Source: Ranitomeya imitator
Lineage: Eukaryota
Length of the DNA: 64,000 nt
Assembly: GCF_032444005.1 (NCBI RefSeq)
Contig: NC_091283.1
Span: 836,008,001-836,072,000, forward strand
Direction: 5' to 3'
Under the pieces are notes generated by a model that made no database searches, was not told the origin of the DNA, and saw nothing but the letters and a program-made list of their open reading frames with translations. This document shows positions 31,278 to 46,561 of this stretch, piece after piece. Made by a program: the position numbers and the translations under genes. The stretch's first letter is position 1. Each line of letters starts with the position of its first letter.

Positions 31278-31940
31278 TGTTATGGCCTCCTTCCGCCTTC
31301 CCCCCAAGACTGTGGAGGAATGACTGAATGAGAATTGTGACCTATATAAACGAGGATCTCCTTGTGTTCAGAGAGTCTACATTACAGAAGTCATGGCATC
31401 ATCACTCCAGCTGAAATAATACAGAGCTACCACATTTGAACATCGCTGAACCATGGATAAGTTTGGAGAAAGCCTTGATTGGAACCTGCCATTCACCTGG
31501 TTCCATAGAGATGTTTGGAGAAGCCAGTTTGTGATTATTTGATCAACTGGCCTAGTACTTTGTATGGGCTCAATGGATTGTCATCTTCCTACGGTTGGCG
31601 TTACCTCCTCTCTATGAGCGTGCCACAGGTGGGGTAGCGACCCTGGAAGATCTGAAGTCACAGCTGCTATTATCCCAGCCAGTCAGCTGAAGGGTGAGAT
31701 TCTGTAGTTTGCCCCATCTTGGATATTTGCTGGGAATGTTCTGTTTGCTATTGTGTGTTATGGTTCAATAAAGTATTGCCACACTGTCTTACCCTCACCC
31801 TGTGTTGTCTGAGTAGTATTCTGCCCACGGGAAGAGAGAGCGGGTGTTCAGTGGTATGAGCCCTGGAACATGCCATCTTGCTAAAGACAGCCGGGCCAGT
31901 GGACGAGAGCACCCACTGACCCCCCGTATCTTCCCCGGTG
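31278..31940 (+). mobile_element. Possible solo-LTR-like insertion
   Basis: Begins TGTTATGG near where homology to the trypsin upstream flank ends. TATATAAA near 31343 and AATAAA near 31767. Right end and TSD not identified. Confidence 0.35.
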
Positions 31941-32299
31941 TTAATGTTAATGAAAGCTCATGAAGGCCAGAAAAAGCATGTGCTCCAGTGCATGGCAAGC
32001 GCTGCATCAAGTGGCCTCACCCCCTCTTCCTCCAAATTAACATCACTCACAGTACAGACCTCAGAGGTGGCACCCCATTCACCCTTGCTTCCCCCGTGTT
32101 AAAAATGCCCTAACGACCAACTGACTATGAGGAACCAGGGATGGGCCTTTCTGCTGAGCTGTTAACACATTCTATTCCATGGGCTTCAAAGGACTGCTCC
32201 AAAGAATCACAGAATCAAGAAGAGGAAAGCATTTGTCCAAAATTTTCATGACGAAGTAGAATCCGAGCAGAATCCAGACCCTCATCATCAGACATTAAA

Positions 32300-35240
32300 C
32301 ACCAAGGGTGGAGGTAATCCTGATGAGACTCAGATACCAGAGACTCACACGGACTGTAATGTGATGTCAGAGCAGGAAGAGGAGGAGGGTGAATCTCAGG
32401 CTGAGGAGTGTGAGAACAGAGAGGATGACGGTGAGGTTGTAGATCCCAATTGATTTGAACCCAAAGGTATGCAGCTGAGTAACTCAGCAGAGGATTTTGA
32501 GGAGGAAGATGATGAGGTTACGTTGTGGCTTCCCACACGAATTGATGCAACCATGACAAGCACTGCATCCTCAGCCCCAACTCTGGCTGTGGCCAACAAT
32601 GTTCATGAGTGTGCAGTTCACAGGTGAGGCAATGGTTGCCTAGCCTGGGCCTTTTTTGAGACCTCAAAGGATGACCCAACACATGTTATCTGTCAAATTT
32701 GCAAAGAAAAACTCAGAAGGGTAAAAAATTGCAATAATTTGACAACTCCATGCATGAACCAACACAAGCGCCATCAACATGCCTTACTCTGGGACTCTCA
32801 CTATGCTAAAATGCAGATTAGCAGGCCTTCCCAAACACTGGCCATCCCATCAACCCATCTGCTGTTTCTTCCTCCTCTGCCACCATGACAAGTTTTGTCA
32901 CACACATCTCCGCCCGCAGAAAGTACACTTGTTAGCCCCCTACAGTCGGGTTTAGTGAGAGCCTGTCCGCTGTTACGGAAGTGGACACTGCTTTTGCGTC
33001 TCCTAGCACAATACATCTTTCTCAATCCACCATAATATCTCCGCCTGAACCTCACTCACAGTTCAGCAGTTTGTCCTGTTCTCTGTACTCCACCCTCTTT
33101 CTGCCAACCCTCAGTCCCACACTTGTGGTCACTTAAAAGAATATTTCCTCCTACACATGCCAAAGCTAAGAACTTGAACTCCACTATCTTCAATCTGTTG
33201 ACCACAGAAATGCTGCATTTCCGCCTGGTGGATACAGACGGTTTTAGAAAGTTGATGGCTGCTGCAGTCCTCCAGTACCAGTTACCTAGTCGCCATTAAG
33301 AAAGCTGTGTCTGTGCTACACCAGCATATCACCTGTTCACTGAAAAAAATCCACATATGTCTACCAGAGTGCATTTCACTACTGACACCTGGACAAGAAA
33401 ACATGGACAGTTGAATTATATCTCACTGACTAGGCACTGGATGACTCTGGTGGCTCTGGGGGCAAGAGGTCAAGGGATCTGCTCCCTAAGTCTTTGAATC
33501 CCCAAAGCTTATGGGGCAAATCTCTGTATGTACCAGTTACTCCACTGCTTCTGGCTTCTTCACCTCCTCTATGTCCTCCAACCTCTCTCTTAATCTAACG
33601 CACATTACAACAGTGCAGATAGAATACCGCTCACCTCCGTACTGAGCAGCCACAGCTCACCACAATCAGACAGTGTTCAAATAATATGCCTTTGGGATTG
33701 CAGTCAAACAGCTGAAGAGTTGTGGACAGCTATGCAGGCCGATTGCAATGGCTGTCTCCACTGAAACTAGAGCCTGGGAAGGCCGTATGCGATAATGGTG
33801 CAAACCTGTTGGCGGCCCTACCACACATGTGCCTTGCAGAGCTCACATCCTCAACCCGGTGGTACAGCAATTTCTCTGCCACTATCCTGGCCTGGATGTG
33901 CTGCTGCGGAAAGGACAGTCACTGTGTGCTCACTTCCAATGATTGCACCCCGTAGGTCATCGACTTGCATCGCTACAGAGGTCTTTCTGCCTAACAGTTA
34001 ACCGTTTGGATTACGATGTTCCCACAATGTGGAATTCCACTCTGCACATGTTGCAGTGACAGTGGCAACAAGCCCTGGTGCAGTATGTCATTTTATGTTG
34101 CCTGGGCTGATGCAGTCCGGACGTGGTGCAAATCACGCTTGCGGAGTGGGCACAGATGAAGCAACTCTGCACCCTTCTGCACAGTTTTGAAATGGCTACT
34201 AAGATGTATAGCGCTTACAATGCCATCATCATCATCACTATTCCGGTTATCTACATGCTGTAGTACACTTTGAATAGTCTGTGTGAGTAAGTGGTGGTCC
34301 CAGAGGAAGAGGTAGAAGCAGAGGAGGATGTGGAAGGGATAACAATATTTCAAATTTCTGGACTGTCGTCCCACAAGCAGTTGCCATGTGTCTTACACCG
34401 AGGGGGCTCATGTTACCAGACAAGTTGCTAGTGAAGGTGCAGGAGCTGAGGAACAAATGAAGGAGTACTAGATGATGGATGCCACACAGTCAGGAGATGA
34501 AGAGGATAATGATCCTCTCTCTGTTGTCCGTGGTTGGCGGGAGGGGACGGAGGAAGCAACCTTGAGTGTTACCCCGCCACTAGCACATAAGCCCTTCTTG
34601 CTGCACTATCTTCAACATGATGCCCATATTCATAGGGTTAGAAATATTGCTGACTACTGGGTTGACACTCTGCTAGATCCACTGTACAAGAGTAATTTTA
34701 GTCAGATGCTTCCCCCCTGGAAAGGGATGTGTGCATGCTGGAGTATCAAAACACACTTGCAGACCATCTTAAGAGGTTTTCCCCAAGACAGCAGTGAGGC
34801 ACTCAGTGTGCATCCCAGTGGTAGACGTCCAACCCCAGTAATGTCAAGGCGTCATTGCAATAACATTAGCAGGAGCAGAAGCAGCAGCAGGGTGAGTGGC
34901 ATAAGCAATTTCTGTGAGTCGTTTCACACATTTTTTAGATCAACCCGTGCACCAGCAGAACAAAGTACAAGTATGACATGTTGTGAAAGACAGGAGAGGA
35001 TGGTGCAGGAGTACCTGGAGCTCAATAACAACGCCATCGGGGGATTTGGACCCTTTTGCATTTTGGTCTCCAAAAATGTAATAGTGGCCTGGCCTTCGCC
35101 TGTCATGCCTTGGAAGTTTTGTCATTACCGGCCGCCAGTGTTCTCTCAGGACATGTCTTTAGCGCATATCCGGCTGCCCACTGAAAGTGTAGACTGCCTA
35201 ACTTTCATCAAAATGAACAGGTCATGTATAAATCCCTGCC
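32300..35240 (+). pseudogene. Near-full-length decayed hAT (Ac/ZBED-like) transposase
   Basis: BED finger (AWAFF..VICQICK..NLTT..MNQH..HQH, about 32640-32790), VHFTTDTWT, VCDNGANL, DVPTMWNSTLHML and C-terminal LTFIKMN. Many stops and frameshifts. Confidence 0.85.
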
Positions 35241-36480
35241 GGCATCACTGTATGGTTTCCCATCCCCCCAGCAGGCAGATACACACACTTACTCGCCTCC
35301 CCAGGTTATGCAATTAATTCTGTCCTCTGCTTGCTTTTTGCTGTCAGTGTGCATACTTCCTGGCTGTATGCATAGGACAGCTGCGCCTGACCTTCCTGAT
35401 TATTAGAGAGAAAGTGTGCGCATTCCTAATTTGTCCCCAACCTATTGCTAAGAGGCACTTGGTACTTGACGCACCTACACCAATGGGAAGGTGCCTGAGT
35501 AACATCCTCTTTCAGTCTCTGTGCAGCTAATGAGTAGCCAGGTCCTATCTATTTTCTGATCTTGCCTTTTCCTGTTTCCAGACATGTAATCTGTTCTCCT
35601 GTTGCACGGGCTAGTCTCATAAATGGGCATTGGTGCAGATGCTTTCCTCCTCTAGATTCTGTAAATCTTTGGAGCAGATCTCTGATGCCCATGGAATATA
35701 ATGTGCTAACAGCTCTTCAGAATGGCTACTTTGAGGTTCCCCACAGTCAGTTGGGCATTTGGAAGTTTTTGATGCAGGAGGAAACAGGGGTGATTTGCCA
35801 CCTTTGAGGATTGTGTGAGGTTAAGGTGAAGGAAGAGGATGAGAGACCATTTGATGCAGCTCTTGCCATCCACTGGAGCACATACTTTTTCTGAGCCTCA
35901 TCTACTAGGCGTTTCAAAACAAAGGTAGTCGAGTAGGTAGTCCAGTAATGTTGTCAGTGGTTGTTTGAATAAGACGAGACGCTACATCATGAATCTCCAA
36001 TGACTTTTGCACCCCAGTCACAGACTGGCTAGACTAGGCAATGGTGTTGTTTTTTAGTGTCATGCATTGATCTTGTGTGTTTGCAGTCTGTGCATTTTTG
36101 TAGAGTCTTCTGCACCTGCTGTTGCTACTGCTGCTGATGTTTCAAACGATTTTTTAAAATGTTTAGACTCCAAGTCGGGTCTCCATCTGGTGGGTTGAAT
36201 GTGGTGGAAGGTGTGTTAGAGGCGTATTATACTGTTTCTACTCTGTGGAAATTGATGCCACTTTAGTGGTGTGTGACAAATACTTTTGGAATGTAGAGAC
36301 TCTAATTTTGGTCTCCATCTGGTGGGTTACCTGTGTAAGTAGGGCTCGCAAACAGACAGGCAGGCCTGCACTTAGTTTCACTCAACTACCAGTGTTACTT
36401 TCCTTACATTTATCTTATATAGTATGAAACTGATATTTGTTCAAATCCGACCCGAACCGAATCTTGAAAGGTTCGCTCAT

Positions 36481-36879
36481 CTCTACTTGTATATACGTTT
36501 GGATTGGCTTTCTGTTGAATCTAGTGGCGCTCGAGTACGTTCGTCGAACCGTTCGGCAAACGTCTCAATGTTCGGCGAATCAAACCAAATCGAACCTTGA
36601 AAGGGTCGCTCATCTCTAGTTGTATATACGTTTGGATTGGCCTTCTGTTGAATCTAGTGGCGCTCGAGTACGTTCGTCGAACCGTTCGGCAAACGTCTCA
36701 ATGTTCGGCGAATCAAACCAAATCGAACCTTGAAAGGTTCGCTCATCTCTAGTTGTATATACGTTTGGATTGGCCTTCTGTTGAATCTAGTGGCGCTCGA
36801 GTACGTTCGTCGAACTATTCGGCAAACGTCTCAATGTTCGGCGAATCAAACCAAATCGAACCTTGAAAGGGTCGCTCAT
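36481..36879 (+). repeat. Three tandem 133-bp copies of the hAT terminal segment, including the TIR
   Basis: Units start at 36481, 36614 and 36747; each ends ...GAACCTTGAAAGG(G/T)TCGCTCAT. A single-copy relative lies at 55660-55783. Confidence 0.92.
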
Positions 36880-37440
36880 AGTAATCACATATTTGGATAA
36901 GGGACAATGTGCAATCGGATATCTGCACACTGATTATTACATCTACTTAAGGGGCTTTGTGCAATATTGGTATTTTGATATCGGATACTAGACATTTTCA
37001 GTACTATTTACTATACCTAGATTAATACCTGCGATATATGTAAAATGTGATTTATTGTAAGAGGCATTTTTACAACATTCATACCTAAATATAAGCAGTG
37101 TTATTATGCCGGTATTGAAACCCCTCTATTCTTTTGTCTAGTATACTATTTGTATCAATTAAAATACCAATTATTTTCTTCTTTCTAGGATTTCCTTCCC
37201 AATAATATAGGGATGTCACCATAACATAAATATCGTATTTTATTTTTAGCCACTGAGCATTATTGGTAATTTTCCCCTTTTTGTATATTAATTGTTTGGA
37301 CAGGATTTATGGAAATTATGATGATTATTAATCGTTATGTCAACCCCAGTGCCCTCTAGAAGCATTACTGTTTTTTGGAGATCATATGTATTGATCATAC
37401 ATTTTGTTTTTAATAAATTTGAATAAAGATTATATATTCT

Positions 37441-37850
37441 TAACCCCTTCACGACATGCGCCGTACTAGTACGGCGCATGTCATGTCTCCCCCTTTGATG
37501 TGGGCTCCGGCACTGAGCCCACATCAAAGTTGCGACATGTCAGCTGTTTTGTACAGCTGACATGTGCGTGCAATAGCGGCAGGTGGAATCGTGATCCACC
37601 CGCCGCTATTAACTAGTTAAATGCCGCTGTCAAACGCTGACAGCGGCATTTAACTACCGCTTTAGGCCGCGCGGCCGGAAATGCTCGCATCGCCGCCCCC
37701 TGAATCTGAGGTTTCCTTGAGACCTCTATGGTCGCTGATGCCGGCTTGCTGTGAACGCCACCCTGTGGTCGGCACTCGTAGCAAGCCTGCAATTAAGCTA
37801 CAAGAGTGTGCAAAGCAGTTATCAAAGCCAAAGGTGGCTACTTTGAAGAA
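37441..37850. mobile_element. Left end of a TTAA-targeting DNA transposon (piggyBac/T2-like)
   Basis: TTAACCCCTTCACGAC start followed by a palindrome-rich subterminal region. Confidence 0.5.
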
Positions 37851-37859
37851 CCTAGAATA

Positions 37860-38026
37860 TAAGACATATTTTCAGTTGTTTCACACTTTTTTTGTTAAGT
37901 ATATAATTCCACATGTGTTAATTCATAGTTTTGATGCCTTCAGTGTGAATGTACAATTTTCATAGTCATGAAAATACAGAACAATCTTTTAATGAGAAGG
38001 TGTGTCCAAACTTTTCGTCTGTACTG
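37860..38026. mobile_element. Tc1 terminal fragment
   Basis: Ends GGTGTGTCCAAACTTTTCGTCTGTACTG|TA, a Tc1-type TIR followed by TA. Confidence 0.7.
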
Positions 38027-38246
38027 TATGTCTGCTTTCAACCATAAATACTATGGTTATATCTAATCGAACGTTTAGAAGAACATTTCTATATAATTGA
38101 CCTTCATCTATAGATTATCATGTATATTTTAGGCTATGTGGATAATAATTAACTTTCTCTAGGCTGAGGAGGGTGTAGAGGGGTGATAATTTTTGGGTAT
38201 AAATATCTGTGGATTGCGCTCAGTCCATATTCTTTCTGGATCCATC

Positions 38247-40275
<2,029 letters not shown>

Positions 40276-40444
40276 ACATTTTTTATCTTCTGATTGTCAT
40301 CTTCTCTTACTCTGCTACCTTATTGTAATTCACAACATTGTGGCAGTTCACAACCAATAAAAAGTTAAAGCAAAGAAAAGCTTCAGTTTTTCATTCTTGG
40401 AAAGTTGAAAGACATTTCCATTTCATTCATATGAGATTGAACGG

Positions 40445-43400
40445 TGTTAGGACTGGCGGAACGCACCAAGACAGGTGACAAAGATGCGTTCGCAGTCCGG
40501 GGTCCACCGTGCAGGTGAGAACCTGCTGCTAGCAATTTGCAGACTATATAGCGGTACACTAAAGTAAACACGCGTGGGTTAAACCTCACCCAGCGTGAGG
40601 AAAACGATCCTGTTAATTCACAGGACCGCAATACCGCACTAGAGTGCGAGCAAGTGGCCAGCGGACTTAACCCCAGAAGGGATTGAAGCCCGATTAGGCC
40701 CTTGCTGGCACAACACCGCAACTGGGTGTGTAGAGAACCTTCAGAAATATAAGCGCACAAGTGCGCGAGCGATGCCGCACTAACGGACGCCACTAACCAC
40801 CCAGACTTGGGTATGGAAAGCGCAAGGCAGGCGCACGGCGCCGTACTGGCAGGCACAGCTACAGGACGCTGTGATGTGTGTTTAGTGTAGTAGGCCAAGT
40901 CGGGCGCTAGATAGCAGCCGTACACCTTCCGCGAACAGACATTCAATAGGGAAGGGGTAACCAAGAACGACTTGCACTCACACATACACACATATCAATT
41001 GTAAGACAATACTAGCGCATGGCCGTGCGGTCATGCGCAGTTTATATAGCTGCAGCACAGGAAATGGCTATAGAACTTTTGCCCTTCTAGGACCTGCCAA
41101 GAGGACCAATGGAATGTGCCGCAGAGCCTGAGCACATGACCCTCGATCTCCAACGGGAGATCTTGCCCTGGGCATGCTCAGTGTGTGCAGATAAGGACTT
41201 AGTCCCAGAGAAGTCCGCTCGCTGCTGACCAGAATAGGCTTCAAAGGCAGAAGCTGGAGAAGCAGCAATAACTCTTCTCACAGAGTCAGACTGAGCGAGA
41301 CGCTGGGATCGACGTCCCTGCTGAGCAGACTCCACTGCGGCTGGAGGGGAATGGGAGACCGCAGCGGAGACGGATCGAGATTCCCCCTGTGCAGCAGAGG
41401 AAACTCGACTCCTAACATTACCCCCCCTCCTAGGGCCCCCCCCTCCTTGGGCCTCGCTACGCTCGAAGGCAGCAATGAGCTGTGGGGCCCGAATGTTTTC
41501 AGCAGGCTCCCAAGACCTGTCCTCTGGACCATAACCCTTCCAATCCACCAAATAAAACTTTTTGCCGCGTACCACCTTGCACCCCAAAATAGCGTTCACC
41601 TCGTAATCGTCCGTAGACGAACCCGATGTCCCGGCAGATGACTCGGAAAACCGGGACATGTATACGGGTTTCAAGAGGGACACATGAAAGGTGTCGGTGA
41701 TACCCAAGCGTGGAGGAAGAGCCAGGCGGTAGACCACGGGATTAACCTGCTCGAGGACCTTGAATGGGCCCAAGTAGCGAGGAGCAAACTTAGTGGACTC
41801 AACTCGCAGCCTGATGTTACGGGCGGAGAGCCACACCAAGTCGCCAGGAGCAAAGGCCGGGGCAGGGCGCCGATGTGCATCGGCGGAGGACCTCATTCTC
41901 TCCTTCGAGGCCCGAATGGCATCCTGAGTGCGGTCCCAAATGTCCCGTGCCTCCACTGCCCAGTCTGCCACCCTGGAGTCAGCAGAGGACACGGGCATAG
42001 GCACAGGAACCCGCGGATGCTGGCCGTAATTAAGGAGGAAAGGAGTCTGACCGGTGGAATCGGCTACAGCGTTATTAAGGGCGAACTCTGCCCATGGTAA
42101 TAAAGATGCCCAGTCATCCTGCCTGGCAGAAACAAAATGTCGCAGATATGTGACCAGAGTCTGATTGGCCCTCTCTACCAACCCATTCGTCTCGGGATGA
42201 TATGCGGAAGAGAGATTTAACTCAATGCTGAGAAGACGACAAAGCTCTCTCCAGAACCGAGACGCAAACTGGGGACCCCGGTCACTGACAATTTTGTCTG
42301 GCATGCCGTGTAGGCGGAAGATGTGTCTTATGAACAACGCTGCCAAGGCCCGTGCAGAAGGTAACCGTGGGAGCGGCACCAAGTGCACCATTTTCGAGAA
42401 ATGATCGGTAATTACCCAAATGACGGTACAGCCGCGAGACTTGGGCAAACCCACCACAAAGTCCATCCCGACCATCTCCCAGGGCCTGTCTGCCACCGGC
42501 AAGGGATAGAGTAACCCAGACGGCCGTTGTCGAGGAGACTTATTTTTGGCGCATGAGACACACGCCAGAACGTAGTCCCTGACATCTCGCAGCATATGCG
42601 GCCACCAGTACGTCCTCGCCAGCAGCTCAGATGTCCTTTTAGTCCCAAAGTGTCCACCCACCCTGGAGGAATGAGCCCAAGAGAGAACCTCCGGTCGCAA
42701 ATTTATGGGCACAAAAGTCTTGCCCGGAGGCACAGACTCAAGCGACACCGGAGCCACGGTTCTCAAGCTCTCAGAAGGAACAATAAGCCGAGGCTCTCCT
42801 TCCTCCTCCTCAGATGACACAACAGAGCGAGAAAGAGCATCAGCTCGAATGTTCTTCTCCCCAGCGACATAATGGAGGGTGAAGTGGAATCGGGAGAAGA
42901 ATAAGGACCATCTGGCCTGGCGAGAATTTAGCCTCTGGGCTGTTTGCAAATATAGCAAATTTTTATGGTCTGTAAATACTTGAAAGGGAAAACGAGCCCC
43001 CTCCAAGAGATGTCTCCACTCAGAGAAAGCCAATTTCATCGCCAGCAACTCCCTGTCCCCGATGGAATAATTCCTCTCCGCTGGTGTGAAGGTCTTGGAG
43101 AAGAAAAAGCACGGATGCTTCCGACCTTGAGCATCCTTCTGGAAGAGGACTGCTCCAGCACCAACGGAAGAGGCATCCACCTCCATTATAAACGGCTTAT
43201 CGACATCGGGACGATGTAGGATGGGAGCGCTAGCAAAATGAGACTTAGTAGAAGAAAAGGCCTTGGAGACCTCTTCAGACCACACTTTGGGATTTGCTCC
43301 CTTCTTGGTGAGGGCTACCAAGGGAGCTACCAAAGTTGAGAAATGGGGGATGAACTGGCGGTAATAATTAATGAACCCCATAAAGCGCTGCACCGCTTTA

Positions 43401-46400
43401 AGTGAATGGGGTTCTTGCCAGTCCATCACAGCCTGTAGTTTGGCAGGATCCATAGCCAATCCTTGGGCAGAGATGATATAGCCCAGGAAAGGTAAAGACT
43501 CCTGCTCAAACACACACTTCTCCAACTTTGCGTAAAGAGAGTTTGCCCGTAAGAGGTCGAAGACTCTGCCAACATCTCTCCGGTGGGAGTCAATATCTGG
43601 AGAGAAGATGAGAATATCATCCAGATAGACTACGACCGAGGTGGAAAGCATATCCCGGAAGATGTCGTTGACAAAGTCTTGGAAAACGGCTGGGGCATTA
43701 CAGAGCCCGAAGGGCATCACCAGATACTCATAATGCCCATCTCTGGTGTTAAACGCCGTCTTCCATTCGTCCCCCTCACGAATGCGAATCAGGTTATAAG
43801 CTCCCCGCAGGTCTAATTTGGTAAATACCTTAGCTCCCCGTAGCCTATCAAAAAGCTCAGAAATCAGGGGCAGCGGGTACTTATTTTTAACGGTGATGGC
43901 GTTAAGACCCCTGTAGTCTATGCAAGGACGCAACTCTCCATTCTTCTTCTGTACGAAGAAGAACCCTGCCCCAGCTGGTGACACTGACTTCCTAATAAAT
44001 CCTCTTGCCAAATTCTCCTGGATGTATTGGGACATAGCCTCCGTTTCCGGGAGAGAGAGGGGATAGACACGTCCCCGAGGAGGTTCTGCTCCAGGCAAGA
44101 GATCTATAGGACAGTCATAGGGACGGTGAGGCGGAAGGGTCTCCGCGGCTTTTTTGGAAAAGACGTCTGCATAAGACCAATAGTGTTTGGGGAGAGTAGA
44201 GAGATCTGCGGGTATCTCAGTGGTGGAAACCTGAACGCACTCTTTCACACATCTGCCCTTGCAGGATTCACTCCAACCCAATATCCTCCCAGAGGTCCAC
44301 TCAATATGTGGGGAGTGGAAACGAAGCCAGGGCATTCCCAGCAGAATCTCATCCATTCCCTCGGGAAGGACAAGAAGGGAAATAGTCTCCTGGTGGGATG
44401 GGGACATGGCTAACGTGAAAGGGACAGTCTGATGTGTGATCTGTAATGGAAGTGTCGACCCATTCACCACTCTCACGGTTACTGGTCTGGCTAGCATAGC
44501 CAGAGGTATTGCGTGGCGCTGAGCAAAAGCAGAAGACATAAAATTTCCCTCTGCTCCTGAATCCACACAAAGCTCTACTGTAAGAGTGGATGTGCCTAAC
44601 AGGATTGTCCCTTTAAAGGACAATTTTGAGGAAAATGCCGCGGTGTCCAGTGAACCTCCTCCAATGGACACTAGACGCGATCGTTTTCCCGACCGCCGTG
44701 GACATGTATTAGCGAAATGTCCCGGTTGCTGGCAATTTTTACATAACACAGGTACTCGAGCGGTCTGAGACCTAGATCCCGCTCGAGAAACCTCCATGGC
44801 CTCATGGGAGTCGGACGCCATAACAGGAGATTCTAGAGGTTTGGCAAAGATGGGAGCCAGCCGAAACCTCTGCCTACACTGGGTCCGCTCCAACCTCCGC
44901 TCGTTAAAACGGAGATCGATGCGGGTAGCTATAGTAATGAGCTCCTCCAGTGTGGCGGGAATCTCCCTGGTGGCCAAGGCGTCCTTCACATGATCTGCCA
45001 GTCCTCTCCAGAACACCGGAATAAGGACTTTATCCGGCCATTCCAGCTCAGAAGCTAGAGTCCGGAATAGGATGGCAAACTGGCTGACCATGGACGAAGC
45101 CTGAGTAATTGCCAACAATTGGAGCGCGGTATCGTGGGTGACACGAGGTCCCAGAAAGACCTGCCTCAGAGCGTCCAGGAAGATAGGAGCACTCTGCACC
45201 ACACGATCACCACGTTCCCAAAGCGGCGTTGCCCACTCCAACGCCCTGCCCGACAAGAGAGATATAATGAATCCCACTTTCGCCCGTTCCGTAGGAAAAC
45301 GTGCAGCCAGCAGCTCGAGATGTATGGAGCACTGGCTCACGAATCCCCGACATGGCTTACTGTCACCAGCAAACTTGTCTGGAAGCGGGAGACGGGATAA
45401 AGTCGGAGCAGGGGTGGCAGCGGACAAACTGGCTGCAGCTGCACTTGCAGCCTGAACAGCGACAGCAGTAACGTCCACAGCTGAGGTTGTGCGCTCGAGA
45501 GCCGCCAACCTACCCTCCAGCTGCTGGATGTACTGCTGTAGACGCTGACCGTCTGCCATTTACTAGCCAGACCCTGGCGCTAGTATTATGTTAGGACTGG
45601 CGGAACGCACCAAGACAGGTGACAAAGATGCGTTCGCAGTCCGGGGTCCACCGTGCAGGTGAGAACCTGCTGCTAGCAATTTGCAGACTATATAGCGGTA
45701 CACTAAAGTAAACACGCGTGGGTTAAACCTCACCCAGCGTGAGGAAAACGATCCTGTTAATTCACAGGACCGCAATACCGCACTAGAGTGCGAGCAAGTG
45801 GCCAGCGGACTTAACCCCAGAAGGGATTGAAGCCCGATTAGGCCCTTGCTGGCACAACACCGCAACTGGGTGTGTAGAGAACCTTCAGAAATATAAGCGC
45901 ACAAGTGCGCGAGCGATGCCGCACTAACGGACGCCACTAACCACCCAGACTTGGGTATGGAAAGCGCAAGGCAGGCGCACGGCGCCGTACTGGCAGGCAC
46001 AGCTACAGGACGCTGTGATGTGTGTTTAGTGTAGTAGGCCAAGTCGGGCGCTAGATAGCAGCCGTACACCTTCCGCGAACAGACATTCAATAGGGAAGGG
46101 GTAACCAAGAACGACTTGCACTCACACATACACACATATCAATTGTAAGACAATACTAGCGCATGGCCGTGCGGTCATGCGCAGTTTATATAGCTGCAGC
46201 ACAGGAAATGGCTATAGAACTTTTGCCCTTCTAGGACCTGCCAAGAGGACCAATGGAATGTGCCGCAGAGCCTGAGCACATGACCCTCGATCTCCAACGG
46301 GAGATCTTGCCCTGGGCATGCTCAGTGTGTGCAGATAAGGACTTAGTCCCAGAGAAGTCCGCTCGCTGCTGACCAGAATAGGCTTCAAAGGCAGAAGCTG

Positions 46401-46561
46401 GAGAAGCAGCAATAACTCTTCTCACAGAGTCAGACTGAGCGAGACGCTGGGATCGACGTCCCTGCTGAGCAGACTCCACTGCGGCTGGAGGGGAATGGGA
46501 GACCGCAGCGGAGACGGATCGAGATTCCCCCTGTGCAGCAGAGGAAACTCGACTCCTAACA
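40445..46561 (-). mobile_element. Full-length Ty3/Gypsy chromovirus C (Tf1/sushi-like)
   Basis: 973-bp LTRs at 40445-41417 and 45589-46561 with no differences noticed. TGTTAGGA..TCCTAACA termini; GAACGG TSD at 40439-40444 and 46562-46567; PPT at about 41420-41430. Confidence 0.98.
41087..45559 (-). CDS. Element C single gag-pol polyprotein (1490 aa): Gag, CCHC, protease, RT, RNase H, integrase, chromodomain
   Basis: Uninterrupted ORF with [30 protein letters not shown] integrase and [27 protein letters not shown]. Confidence 0.97.
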   Translation of the reverse strand: MADGQRLQQYIQQLEGRLAALERTTSAVDVTAVAVQAASAAAASLSAATPAPTLSRLPLPDKFAGDSKPCRGFVSQCSIHLELLAARFPTERAKVGFIISLLSGRALEWATPLWERGDRVVQSAPIFLDALRQVFLGPRVTHDTALQLLAITQASSMVSQFAILFRTLASELEWPDKVLIPVFWRGLADHVKDALATREIPATLEELITIATRIDLRFNERRLERTQCRQRFRLAPIFAKPLESPVMASDSHEAMEVSRAGSRSQTARVPVLCKNCQQPGHFANTCPRRSGKRSRLVSIGGGSLDTAAFSSKLSFKGTILLGTSTLTVELCVDSGAEGNFMSSAFAQRHAIPLAMLARPVTVRVVNGSTLPLQITHQTVPFTLAMSPSHQETISLLVLPEGMDEILLGMPWLRFHSPHIEWTSGRILGWSESCKGRCVKECVQVSTTEIPADLSTLPKHYWSYADVFSKKAAETLPPHRPYDCPIDLLPGAEPPRGRVYPLSLPETEAMSQYIQENLARGFIRKSVSPAGAGFFFVQKKNGELRPCIDYRGLNAITVKNKYPLPLISELFDRLRGAKVFTKLDLRGAYNLIRIREGDEWKTAFNTRDGHYEYLVMPFGLCNAPAVFQDFVNDIFRDMLSTSVVVYLDDILIFSPDIDSHRRDVGRVFDLLRANSLYAKLEKCVFEQESLPFLGYIISAQGLAMDPAKLQAVMDWQEPHSLKAVQRFMGFINYYRQFIPHFSTLVAPLVALTKKGANPKVWSEEVSKAFSSTKSHFASAPILHRPDVDKPFIMEVDASSVGAGAVLFQKDAQGRKHPCFFFSKTFTPAERNYSIGDRELLAMKLAFSEWRHLLEGARFPFQVFTDHKNLLYLQTAQRLNSRQARWSLFFSRFHFTLHYVAGEKNIRADALSRSVVSSEEEEGEPRLIVPSESLRTVAPVSLESVPPGKTFVPINLRPEVLSWAHSSRVGGHFGTKRTSELLARTYWWPHMLRDVRDYVLACVSCAKNKSPRQRPSGLLYPLPVADRPWEMVGMDFVVGLPKSRGCTVIWVITDHFSKMVHLVPLPRLPSARALAALFIRHIFRLHGMPDKIVSDRGPQFASRFWRELCRLLSIELNLSSAYHPETNGLVERANQTLVTYLRHFVSARQDDWASLLPWAEFALNNAVADSTGQTPFLLNYGQHPRVPVPMPVSSADSRVADWAVEARDIWDRTQDAIRASKERMRSSADAHRRPAPAFAPGDLVWLSARNIRLRVESTKFAPRYLGPFKVLEQVNPVVYRLALPPRLGITDTFHVSLLKPVYMSRFSESSAGTSGSSTDDYEVNAILGCKVVRGKKFYLVDWKGYGPEDRSWEPAENIRAPQLIAAFERSEAQGGGGPRRGGNVRSRVSSAAQGESRSVSAAVSHSPPAAVESAQQGRRSQRLAQSDSVRRVIAASPASAFEAYSGQQRADFSGTKSLSAHTEHAQGKISRWRSRVMCSGSAAHSIGPLGRS

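Noticed and set aside
36481-36879. Regular repeats resembling a CRISPR array
   Set aside because: Units are contiguous near-identical 133-mers without unique spacers, in eukaryotic DNA, and match a hAT terminus.
40383-40991. 202-aa ORF and its 190-aa twin at 45563-46135
   Set aside because: Both lie inside the duplicated LTR of C (R/U5) and have no recognisable domain. They only confirm LTR identity.
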